From assembly GCF_000142905.1 (NCBI RefSeq), contig NW_013657660.1:461315-525314 (forward strand): 64,000 bases of DNA. The letters run 5' to 3'. Both the position numbers and the translations under genes were made by a program. Shown here piece by piece: positions 52,567-63,568 of the stretch; positions within the stretch are counted from its first letter, which is position 1; every line of letters starts with the position of its first letter. The DNA comes from Thecamonas trahens ATCC 50062. Its lineage: Eukaryota; Protista; Apusomonadida. The notes under the pieces are model-generated. The model saw nothing but the letters and a program-made list of their open reading frames with translations, was not told the DNA's origin and searched no databases.

Positions 52567-55124
52567 ATGTCGTCGTCCAAGGGTGGGTCGCTTCACCCGC
52601 GAGCTATGGACTATGACACGTCATGGGCTACGCTCTCTGAGGCTATGAAGGCCATCATGAGGTTGGAGGCTGTCAACTCGATGTCGGGAATGCAGCTGTA
52701 TCGGCTGGTGTACTCGCTGGCGTGTGCGCATCCGCGGTCGTACTCGCCGGACATGTACGTAGGGGTGGAGACGTTCCTCTTGGCGGAAGCGTCGCGCATT
52801 GCTGACTCGCTTGTGGCGCTGTCGGCCGACTCGCTGCTCGAGCAGTACTCCAAGGCGTGGTATACGTACGAGCTTGGCTCGCGGATCATGTCGCATGTCA
52901 TTTTCAACTTTCTCAACGACAACTGGATCACCCGCCGGCTCGACAACGCCCGTGCCGCCCTCACCTCGATCTACCTGAGCACGGCAGAGGAAAGGCTGGG
53001 CAAAGCCGGGGCCGGTGGCAGCAACGAGAGCACGGGCGGAAAGGGCTCGGGTGGAAGAGGCCGGGGCCGGTTCCGGCGAGCAAGCAGGTGTACAAGATCG
53101 ACGAGCTGGCGCTGCTTATGTGGCGCGACAAGGTGCTTGCGCCGCTCAAGGACCGGCTGGTGTATGCCATCCTGGAGCAAGTTCGCAAGGAGCGTGACGG
53201 CGAGGCCATCGAGCGCGAGCTTGTTGTCAAGCCGATCGAGTCGATGGTCAAGCTCGGGCTCGAGCGCAACAAGCCGCTCGCAGTCTACAGCGAGACCATT
53301 GAGCTGCCGTACATTGCGGCACTCCACGAGTACTACGCAGCCGAGACGACCAACTTTCTGGCTCAGAATGCGGTGCCCGACTACTACAGCCACGCAGAGA
53401 CGCGGATGGCGGAAGAGTCTGCGCGGGCGGTGCTGTTTCTCGACACATCGTCGGAGCCGCGGGTGACGGCGGCACTGACCGACATCTTTGTCACGGCGCA
53501 TCTCCCTGCACTCCAGGGCGAGGTCATTCCGCTGGTGGCGGCAATGGTTGCCGACTCGTCGTCCGAGTCGCACGCGGCGAAAGCGCTTGCACGTGGCTAC
53601 GCGCTCCTCGCACGGGTGCCCGGAGCCTTTGACTCGGTCCAGGACGCGCTGGGAGCGTTTGTGGTCGAGCGCGGACTGGCGGCGCTCGACAAGCTCGGTG
53701 ATGAGCCAGCGTCCAACCCGCGCAAGTATGTGGAGGCACTGCTGGAGCACTACGCGGCGTTCCGCACAGTGGTGGACACGGCGTTCGCAGGCTCGGGGCA
53801 GTTTTCGCTCGTTCTCGACAAGGCGATGCGCGAGATTGTCAATGCCAAGCCCAAGACGAATGCGGGTAGCAGCGGGGGAGCGAGCTCGCTGCCGCCGGCG
53901 GCGGAGCTGCTCGCCAAGTACTGCGACATGGTACTCCGCAAGTCGTCCAAGTCGCAGCTTGAGGACGCCGAGCTGAGCAAGGTGCTCGACTCGGTCATGG
54001 AGGTGTTCCAGTATCTCGAAGACAAGGACGTGTTCCAGAAGTTCTACTCGCAAATGTTGGCGAAGCGTCTGATCCAGAGCCTCTCTGTGTCGGACGACGC
54101 CGAGTCTGCGATGATCTCGCGGCTGAAGAAGGCGGCTGGCTATGAGTACACTTCCAAGCTGCAGAAGATGTTTCAGGACATGACGCTCTCGGACGAGCTC
54201 AACGCCAGCTTTGCGACTGCGGTGGAGAAGACTGGAATGGACATCGGCGGTGTGGCGTTCTCGTTCAAGGTCCTCACCAAGGGCTCGTGGCCGCTGTCGT
54301 CGCCATCGACGCCGTTTGTACAGCCGCCAGAGCTCGACAAGCTCATCAAGCGGTTCGAGGCCTTTTACAAGAACCAGCACAGTGGACGCGAGCTGTTCTG
54401 GCTCCCGGAGCTAACCAAGGGTGAGCTGCGGACGGCATACCTGGCCAAGAACCACGATCTCATTGTCACCAACTACCAGATGGCCATCCTCTGCCTCTTT
54501 AACCGCGGCACGGTCTTTTCAGTTGCGGAAATCGGTAAGCTGGTTGGTCTCGAGTCGAAGGTCCTCATGCGCAACGTTGCGTCGCTGGTCAAGGTCAAGC
54601 TCCTCTCGCTTGTTGCAGATGCCGGAGACACAGCGGTGAGCCAGGCCGAGCCCAAGGCCGAGGCCAAGGCCAAGACCGAGGCCAAGACCGAGGCCGAGAC
54701 CGACGATGCGGCGGCGTCGTCGTCAGCCAAGCCGAGCAAGGGTAAGAAGGGCAAGGGCAAGAAGCGCGCTCCGATCAAGCTCAACTCGTCGACCAAGCTC
54801 GAAGTCAACCTCAACTTTAGCAACAAGCGGATCCGGGTCAAGGTGCTCTCGTCGCTCATCCGCGACTCGACAGAAGAGCGGGCGGCGACTGTTCGCGGAG
54901 TGAGCGAAGAGCGGATGTTCTTCCTCCAGGCCGCAGTTGTGCGGCTGATGAAGGCGCGCAAGAAGATGGCTCACTCGGTTCTTGTTGGCGAGGTCTGCGA
55001 GATCGCAGCCGCGCGGTTCAAGCCGCGGGTCGCGCTCATCAAGAAGGCCATCGAGCAGCTGATTGACAAGGGATATCTTGCGCGTGTCCAGGGCGAGAAG
55101 GGCATGTACGAGTACCTGGCGTAG
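52567..55124 (+). CDS. CUL2: Cullin, CUL2-like; apparent -1 frame break near 53050
   Basis: The N-terminus SLHPRAMDYDTSW..L...VYSLACAHP resembles CUL2 (SLKPRVVDFDETW...IYALCVAYP). Also ELLAKYCD, DKDVFQKFYSQMLAKRLI, GYEYTSKLQKMFQD and the neddylation motif AAVVRLMKARK...LIDKGY...YEYLA. Cullin is certain; the subtype is probable. Confidence 0.85.
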
Positions 55125-56217
55125 CTGTCTTGTCCCCAGAAGGAAGAAAGGTCTGGGCGGCATGTGGCAGGAAAGGAGGGTGAGGGGTGGGCAAAACAAA
55201 ACAGTGTCGCAAGCAATGCGCGCGACTGAGCCAGCTCGATTAACGGCGATAGCTTGACCAGGAGAAGACAGCGAGTCCTTCAGCAATGAGGGTACTGAGC
55301 AGATTGAGATCGGCCTAGAGGGCGGCGCCAAGAAGTGGAGGGCGACCTTCGATGGTGGCGGCGGCATGAACGGGGCGCAGATAATCGGCGATACGGGGTG
55401 GTGGCGATCTGCAATGGTTTGGCATCGACGAGAGATTGTAGGACTCGAGCGCTTGTGGGAGTCGCAGTTGAAAACATGGTGGGTGTGTGTGGTGTGGGTG
55501 TGGTGGTTGTGGGTGAGGATGGTGGGGAGTGGGCCCGGGGTGGTGGGGGGGGGGGGGGGGGGGGGGGCGTTGAGGAAGGTAGGCACTTCGGCGGCGCGGG
55601 AGAGGAGGGCGGACGGATTGGGTTGAGATGTACGTCGATGGAGACGATGGCTTTAGATTGGAGGGGGAGGCAGACCACTGCACTCTAGCCCACCACAACA
55701 TTGTCTATTGTTTGCCCTTGCCCTCTCTTGTTCTTCCTCGCCATGGCCAGCCCGGTGGTCTCGTCGTCTGGCTCGGTGGTCGGCGGCAGGGGCGGCTGGC
55801 GATGAGCAGGCCGGCGGGGGCTGTGATGGGCAAGGCCGGAGAAGGGAGGGGAGAAGTGGGTTGGAAGGCAAACTGGTAGTCATTGCCAATGACGTGGCTA
55901 TCTCTATGCATCGCCTCCAAAGCCCTGTCGATGGCTAGCTTGCTCTCGGTGGTGCCGGCGGTGGTCGGTCGGCGGCGGGCGGAGTGGGATGAGTGTGGTG
56001 GTGGCTGCTGGTGCTGTGGGCGAGGTGCGAGTGGTCGAGTGACGGCCAGCCACTGGTCGGTCAGCCACTCGTCGGCATGGGCGGCGTGCTGCTGCTGGTG
56101 GTGCTGGAGATGAGCAAGCATGAGCTTGAGGCGGCGATGCCCGGGTTGTTGTTGATGGTGGGGGTGGTGATGGGGATCGTCAGGGGGAAATGGAGGGTTT
56201 AAACGTTGCATGCTGGG

Positions 56218-57380
56218 CTACACCATGTTGAGGTCGTGATGGAGTTCGGCAGCCGCGTCCGTGACATGATCATAGACAGCCACGATCATGTCCTTGAGCT
56301 TTGCGACCAAGCCAGTGAGTCTCTCCCGGACGGTCACGCCGCGGATCCGGATGTCGAACCCTAGCACAGTGAACGATGACATGTTGGCGATGCGGTCGGC
56401 ATCCGCCGGGTCCGCAAAGAGCCTGTAGGCGGACACGGTCAGGTCGCGGGTGCGGAAGTTGATGGTGATCGAGATCATCCTCGAGCGTCACTGTGTGGGT
56501 GTAGCACCATCAAACTTACCCTTACACCCGGCCTTCCACCGGACCGGTTGACGACCATGGGTGAGTCTAGGCCGACACGATGACCATGGGACCCGGGGTC
56601 GAGCCGGAAGCAGCATCTTGCTTCTTCAACGCCTTCATGCGAGCGATCGTGCCTCGCATGATCTCCTGCATAACGAAGCGGAGCCCGTCCCTGTGCTGAC
56701 TCAGATAGGCGTTGAACATGTCCGGGTAGGTCTCGCCGAACTCGTAAGCCAGTCTGCCAATGGTGTGGAACTGGAGGCGGTCTGCGCACTCCTCGACCGT
56801 CTTCAGAGCCAGTCTTTGCGGTTGTCATGGCTCGTGGTGGCGGCCTGCCGACCACCGTTGCGTGCTGCAGCGGCGCAGCTGCTGGTCCTATCTGCAGAGC
56901 CAGCTCGGATCGCCCGGTGCCGTGGACCAGCGCGTAGTCGATGCGGAGAAGCGCCCGATCTCAAACGGCACCACAACCCAGAGCGTGCTGGGGCGCAGGA
57001 GAGCATCGATCTCGAGCAGGATGACCGATGACGATGGGAATGCAAGGACTCTGGCGTTTGCCATGGAGCATGCCATCCATTCAGCCGCCGGTGACTCGGT
57101 GTCGCGACCGACCAAGCCAAACCACAGACCGAGATCGTTGGCGGCCGGCTCGATGGTGAGGCCGAGACCCGAGACAGCAATCTGTTCAACAACCGCATAG
57201 ACTGTGCCACACCGCCGCATTCGAACACGTTCAACTCGCCCATTGATGCAACAAGCTACGTAATGCCTCCAGCACGCACCGGTACTCGGCAGCGATTGCC
57301 TCCTGCCGCGCTTGCTCGGCCTCCAGCCAGGTCTGAGTGGTGAATGAGGCGATAATTCTGGTGGACACTTAGCTGATGGT
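56218..57380 (-). pseudogene. Fragmented, frameshifted coding-like remnant of unknown family
   Basis: Successive protein-like stretches in different frames: ...LWVVVPFEIG; LRIDYALVHG...; LALKTVEECADRLQFHTIGRLAYEFGETYPDMFNAYL...EIMRG; ITINFRTRDLTVSAYRLFADP...LNMV*. Confidence 0.4.
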
Positions 57381-58046
57381 GNNNNNNNNNNNNNNNNNNN
57401 NNNNNNNNNNNNNNNNNNNNNNNNNNNNNNNNNNNNNNNNNNNNNNNNNNNNNNNNNNNNNNNNNNNNNNNNNNNNNNNNNNNNNNNNNNNNNNNNNNNN
57501 NNNNNNNNNNNNNNNNNNNNNNNNNNNNNNNNNNNNNNNNNNNNNNNNNNNNNNNNNNNNNNNNNNNNNNNNNNNNNNNNNNNNNNNNNNNNNNNNNNNN
57601 NNNNNNNNNNNNNNNNNNNNNNNNNNNNNNNNNNNNNNNNNNNNNNNNNNNNNNNNNNNNNNNNNNNNNNNNNNNNNNNNNNNNNNNNNNNNNNNNNNNN
57701 NNNNNNNNNNNNNNNNNNNNNNNNNNNNNNNNNNNNNNNNNNNNNNNNNNNNNNNNNNNNNNNNNNNNNNNNNNNNNNNNNNNNNNNNNNNNNNNNNNNN
57801 NNNNNNNNNNNNNNNNNNNNNNNNNNNNNNNNNNNNNNNNNNNNNNNNNNNGGGGGGGGGGAGTCGTTTCTCGCATAACCTCGTCTCTGCATAAAGCTGT
57901 GGGGAAGACTGTTCCCCATACGTTGTAGAGGTCCTTTGTAGCTGTGGTTGCCGTATGAACGGTAGAGTGGATGAGGAGCCGGCAGGGGGGGTTGGCGCTG
58001 GGATCAACCCCCCGTCGATTCTTCGAGCCCGAGTGCTTCATCACGG

Positions 58047-61000
58047 GTGGCCGTGGTGGAGATCGACGAGAAGGACAAGAACAGGTTAATCTGCAGTATG
58101 GCTGCCTACTACATGCTCCTTCCGAAACGAAAGGGGGATTTTGGCGAGCTTCTTCCCGCCACCGCTCATGGAATGGGCAAAGAACTGGAATTGGCCATCG
58201 AGATGCTGCTCGTGATGTGCAAGAACAACACCACACTCTCATTTTCCAAACTGGAGGATCTCATCCCAAGGTCCAGATGCATACGTGACGGAAAGACTGT
58301 CGCCGAGCTTGGAAAATTGCCGGTTGAAGGTGATCAGGACCATGACTTCTTCAACGACTTTGGAAAGTGGCGTCTTGAACTGTGGCCTGGGAAGGTTTCA
58401 CTGGATGGCATTGATGTCGGGGATGCTGACTGGTTGAAGGCTTGGGACGCACTGAACGATGAAGTGAGAGACAAAGCACCACTCGAACCGTGGGTTCGGC
58501 TGATCGCCGCTGCAGCTGAACGTGATGATAGTACTGGAACAAGTTTTGGCAGTGCATGTAGCCGGCACCCGAACTGCATGGCGGGCCTTACCGCCTTTGT
58601 CATCCTTCTGCTTGCAGCCGCTATCCTTTTCCTTGGTCTCGGTCTTCCAACATTCACGCATCGTGACGATCTCGACAAGTCACTATACAACAACCCGATC
58701 TATACCCGTGAGGTTTCACTGACCAACCAGACGTGCTACAAGGCGCTCCGCGACGCTGTGGGAGATGACGGCTTTGTGGGCGACATTCTCGGCGACATCA
58801 TTCCTGGATCACTCGTCACGAGCATCACCTTGCTATCTACCGGTGTGCCACCGCTGGTGTTTACAGTGGCTCCTCGCTCGCTGCACCTACATCTCGCACG
58901 CAATCTAGGGTTTTGGCACGCTGTGGGCTCCGATGTCTCGTTCGGTGTCTTCTCGAGCTCGACGTCGGAGATTGACCTTCAAGTGGAGATCTCTGAGGAC
59001 GCCCGGTTGTGCATCACACGCTTGTCGATGTGCACGGCGCGCGATTGCCGGCTCGGGGCACTGGCGCTACTTGCTGGACTGGAAGACCACGGCGTGTCGT
59101 CGCTTTTGTTCAAGAGTGATGGCGGCGCACTTTTCTCCTGGGGCGGCGACAACGGGCTCACCATCCACAACTATTGGCACTCGCTGGATCGAGCAACGGT
59201 GGTGTTTGGCTCCATCTTGGTCATTGTCGGTTTTGGGGTGGTCATCGCTGCTGGTATGTTCTGGCCTGAGGTGCTAGCGTTGCTTGGCAAGGCCACGGTC
59301 CGCGTGCCGCTCGAGACGGACGAGGATATGCAGATTAATGTGGCCGTAGCCCAAGCGCGTGGGCTTCCGGTTCTGGCGTTTTTCGGGACACTCATGGTGC
59401 TCAACAGCGAGGCAGGTGATGCTACGCGGGGGGTGTCACACTTTGCAATTGCTTGGTGCGCCGTCACCGCGCTGGCCATTGGCGGAGGACAGGTCTTGTT
59501 GCTGTCATCAAAGGCTCCTAAGCGAAGTAACTCTGCAACCATTCTTCTTTCATTTACCTCCTTCTGCGTCGTGGCGGGAACTGTTCTTGCCTTTGTGTAT
59601 GAGGGCGCTAGCCGTCTCCATGCTCTCGTAGTCTTCGCTGCTGCGGTGGGGGGTGCGATGTTGATGGCGTTGCCTACCTTTGGTACACCCGTGACCGGCA
59701 CAATGCGGCCGTGCCTGTCATGGGTGGCCTCAACAACCCGCGTGGGCCTTGGTCGTTTCCATGCTTGTCTCATCTCCTTGCCAATTGCCTTGGCGCTGCC
59801 ATGGTGGGTCTTAGCTTCAATGATCGAACCAATCCAGTTTGCGCTACAGTTTCTGGTGGCAATTAGTGTTGCGGCTGAAGTGGCGCTCATGCTCAAGCGG
59901 CAGCAGGGATTGTTTGCAAGTCGCGACGAGGTCTTCAGGGGCATGCTGCTCAAGCGCTGCAGAACGGATGGCGACCACAGAATCCCGCCACGGAGACACG
60001 ACTTCGCCGCTGTTGGACCAAAGTCCGATTCTGGCCAACTTGTGCTGGCTGTGGCCCAAGCTTGCAACCGCGGGTCCGAGAATCTAGTAGGGTCCCACTT
60101 TCGCCATTACGCTGTACACGTTGACCACGCCCGCAACGAGTACCGCCGATGGCTAATGGGAGCTGTGCTCCCCGTCGTGGAGATGGCCGTAGTGGTGGCG
60201 GTGGTCATAGTGGCCTACCCTGCCGTGCTTGACTCGATTATGCTGCCGAGTGACGAGTCACTTCCTCTTTTTGCCTTTGTCGTCGGCGCAGTTGTGCTAC
60301 GCGGCATGCGGCTGCAGTCAGGTGGGTCGGGCATAGATTTGTCCGGGCTGGCCAGGCAAGGAGACGAGGAAGAAGGTGACGATAGTGAGGAGCCAGCGAC
60401 CAAGGATGAGCTGCGCTCCGCTGTCGAGCGCGTGGTGCGTGTTGTGGTGGGCTCGCGACTGATTCATGGATTGGCTGAAGGTGAAAAGGATGGACTCGTC
60501 CGCCTGGTTGAGGAAATCGAAGAGATTGGGACTGGTGAGGACGAGGATGCTTGGACAACGTGGTTGCGGGCGTGTGGCGTCAAGATGAAAGAGTGGCGGG
60601 GTAACCCAGACTACAAGGACTCCGTTGGCAAGATTGTCGCCGCCGAGTCGGATAACTTTAACTTCAGGTCATGGGGGTTTCTCGAAGATTTCTCAGCTCG
60701 GGGGAACCTGCCGCTAGTGCGTGCCATGAACTGTGATTGTCATGCAGCAGTGAGAGATCTACTTCGCTCTTACTGCGCTGTGGATGCTGCTGCACAGAAC
60801 AACATGGCCATCCGTTGGGCTGCTCAGCATGGTCACGTGGACGTGGTGAGGAACCTCCTGGCTGACTTCAGGGTCGATCCTGCGGCCAAAGAGAACGAGG
60901 CCATCCGACTTGCCGCTCAGCATGGTCACGTGGACGTGGTGAGGGACCTCCTGGCTGACCGCAGTGTCGATCCTGCGGCCAAAGAGAACGAGGCCATCCG

Positions 61001-62435
61001 ACTAGCTGCCCTGTATGGACATGTCGGCGTGGTTGAGCTCCTCTTGGCTGACCACAGNNNNNNNNNNNNNNNNNNNNNNNNNNNNNNNNNNNNNNNNNNN
61101 NNNNNNNNNNNNNNNNNNNNNNNNNNNNNNNNNNNNNNNNNNNNNNNNNNNNNNNNNNNNNNNNNNNNNNNNNNNNNNNNNNNNNNNNNNNNNNNNNNNN
61201 NNNNNNNNNNNNNNNNNNNNNNNNNNNNNNNNNNNNNNNNNNNNNNNNNNNNNNNNNNNNNNNNNNNNNNNNNNNNNNNNNNNNNNNNNNNNNNNNNNNN
61301 NNNNNNNNNNNNNNNNNNNNNNNNNNNNNNNNNNNNNNNNNNNNNNNNNNNNNNNNNNNNNNNNNNNNNNNNNNNNNNNNNNNNNNCATGGTCACGTGGA
61401 CGTGGTGGAGGGACCTCCTGGCTGACCGCAGTGTCGATCCTGCGGCCAAAGAGAACGAGGCCCTTTCGGCCTCTCGTCCAGCCTGGGTCAGGTGGCGGTG
61501 TGGAGGGATCTCCTGGCTGACTTCCAGGGTTGGATCCTGCGGCCAAAGAGAACGAGGCCATCCGACTTGCCGCTCAGCATGGTCACGTGGACGTGGTGAG
61601 GGACCTCCTGGCTGACCGCAGTGTCGATCCTGCGGCCAAAGAGAACGAGGCCATCCGACTTGCCGCTCAGCATGGTCACGTGGACGTGGTGAGGGACCTC
61701 CTGGCTGACGACAGTGTCGATCCTGCGGCCAAAGAGAACGAGGCCATCCGACTAGCTGCCCTGTATGGACATGTCGGCGTGGTTGAGCTCCTCTTGGCTG
61801 ACCACAGTGTCGATCCTGCGGCCAAAGAGAACGAGGCCATCCGACTAGCTGCCCTGTATGGACATGTCGGCGTGGTTGAGCTCCTCTTGGCTGACCACAG
61901 GGTCGATCCTGCGGCCAACGAGAACGAGGTCATCCGACTAGCTGCCGCAGGAGGTCACATCGGCGTGGTGGAGCTTCTCATGGTCAACGAGAACGTGGAT
62001 CCTTCGGCTAAGGACAACCTGCCCATCTTTGAGGCTGCCTGTAGAGGCCACATCGGCGTGGCGAAGCTCCTCATGACCAACGAGGAGGTGCGCGCAAAGT
62101 TCGCAGAATTGACAGACGAAGAGCGGAGTGCTCGTGCTGCTGAATTCTTTCAATGGACGAAAGTAGCTAATCTCCGGGACAGTATGGATCTCCGGGACAG
62201 CGTGCTCAACTGCGTCGCACCGCAGGCCACCCCCCCTCCCCCCCCGTCAAGCGATGCATCATCGCCTTGCTCGGGGTCCTCACCGCGACTTCGCTCGAGC
62301 CCACGCCTCGTTGACCCTATCCCCACACCCCACACGGGCATGCATCTCGGACCCTCGGGCTTACACCGTTCTACTTCGAACAATCGGCAACTCCAAGCTC
62401 AAGAGCGCAGCCACCGACATCATGAACGTGTTTGA
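58047..62435 (+). CDS. Multipass membrane protein with C-terminal ankyrin-repeat array; interrupted by a gap and low-quality sequence
   Basis: About 1000-aa open frame with about 10 hydrophobic segments, followed by DPAAKENEAIRLAA.HGHV.VV..LL repeats. The true start may be the ATG at 57955 if the C-run at 58008-58013 lacks one base. Frame breaks at 61388-61530. Confidence 0.75.
60783..62075 (+). repeat. 93-bp (31-aa) tandem ankyrin-like coding repeat array
   Basis: GATCCTGCGGCCAAAGAGAACGAGG recurs at 60876 and 60969 (spacing 93) and repeatedly after the gap; units are near-identical at DNA level. Confidence 0.95.
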
Positions 62436-62587
62436 CAAGGCAGTTCGCGACAACTGCCTCAACTATCATGTTGCATCCGCCGCTATGGCACTCTCCTTGA
62501 ACGGCATGGCAGCGACAACCAGAAGACAGCGCACGTCTGGGGAGTCATCGTCGGCCGCAAACGTTCTTCCTGCCGGTTCGGGACAAC

Positions 62588-63568
62588 GTGTACTCGCTTT
62601 ACCTGCCCCTACCGACATCCATGTGGTCGTCAAGCGCCGCCTTGATCGTTATTTGGGTTGTTCACTCGGGCGGGAGCCCGTCGACCACGTCCAAAGACGG
62701 GACCATGTCTGCACCGGTCACTTTTGCAGCCGCACGGACCATGGCAGCAGAGTGCGCCTCGGCGTCCACCCCTGTGACCATTCGCATGGAGCAGGGCGTG
62801 TACACGTTTACCTCGAAAATCGTCCTCGAGTCGTACGTCACGTATGAAGGTGGCCTCATTTACGACGGCGCAGGCGTGTGGCGCAAGTCGAACAAGTTTG
62901 TCACCACGCTGCGGCGGACGGGAACTGGCTACGAGACGCCGACCAGCGGTCAGCGGGTGTACATTGCACTGCAGGCTGTGGGCAAGTCCAACTTCAAGCT
63001 CCAGGACCTGACCATCGAGACCAGCAATGCTCCGTCGATCACCTGGGACCGTGGCGTGAGTACCTATGGAGTGCATTTGGCCAGCGCCAACGACTTTACC
63101 ATTCTTCGCTGCAACATCCAGCCAGGCGCAGCATCGGCAGGAGAACCAGGCAGTGCGGGTGGGATTGGCTCAGCTGGTAGCAATGGTGGTAGTGGTGGGA
63201 ATGGCAACAAGGACAACGAGGACCTCGAAGGCGTGGGCGGCCACGGCGGAAATGGTGGCTCGGCAAACAACACAGGTGGCAATGGTGGCTCGATCACCGG
63301 CTGCTGTCAGAGTGGCGCTGTTGGGTCGACTGGTTCCACGCCTAGCCTGTCGTACCAGGGCGGTGGTGGTGGTGGTGGTGGCTCTGGTGGACAAGAGGAT
63401 CGCGGCGGTGGCAAGGGCGGCAATGGCGGTCGCTCCGGCGGTTCGGGTGGAAACGGCGGCTCGTTCAAGGGCGCGGCTGGTTCTTCCGGTTCGACTGGAT
63501 GGTCTGGTTACAAGGGTTCTTCGGGTGGCTCAGTCACACCTAGGCAAAACAAGCCGACGCGGAAATGA
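62588..63568 (+). CDS. Beta-helix (pectin-lyase-like) segment followed by Gly-rich region; probably partial
   Basis: GTMSAPVTF...IRMEQGVY...YVTYEGG...NFKLQDLTIETSNA...STYGVHL...FTILRCNIQPG, then GxxG repeats; start unclear and end abrupt. Confidence 0.55.
   Translation: MYSLYLPLPTSMWSSSAALIVIWVVHSGGSPSTTSKDGTMSAPVTFAAARTMAAECASASTPVTIRMEQGVYTFTSKIVLESYVTYEGGLIYDGAGVWRKSNKFVTTLRRTGTGYETPTSGQRVYIALQAVGKSNFKLQDLTIETSNAPSITWDRGVSTYGVHLASANDFTILRCNIQPGAASAGEPGSAGGIGSAGSNGGSGGNGNKDNEDLEGVGGHGGNGGSANNTGGNGGSITGCCQSGAVGSTGSTPSLSYQGGGGGGGGSGGQEDRGGGKGGNGGRSGGSGGNGGSFKGAAGSSGSTGWSGYKGSSGGSVTPRQNKPTRK

Noticed and set aside
3274-55124. Functional cluster of chromosome/ubiquitin genes (SMC3, SLF2-like, SENP, CUL2, PAF1) or of ciliary genes (CFAP100, WDR34)
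   Set aside because: Interspersed with unrelated genes on both strands; expected by chance in a gene-dense genome.
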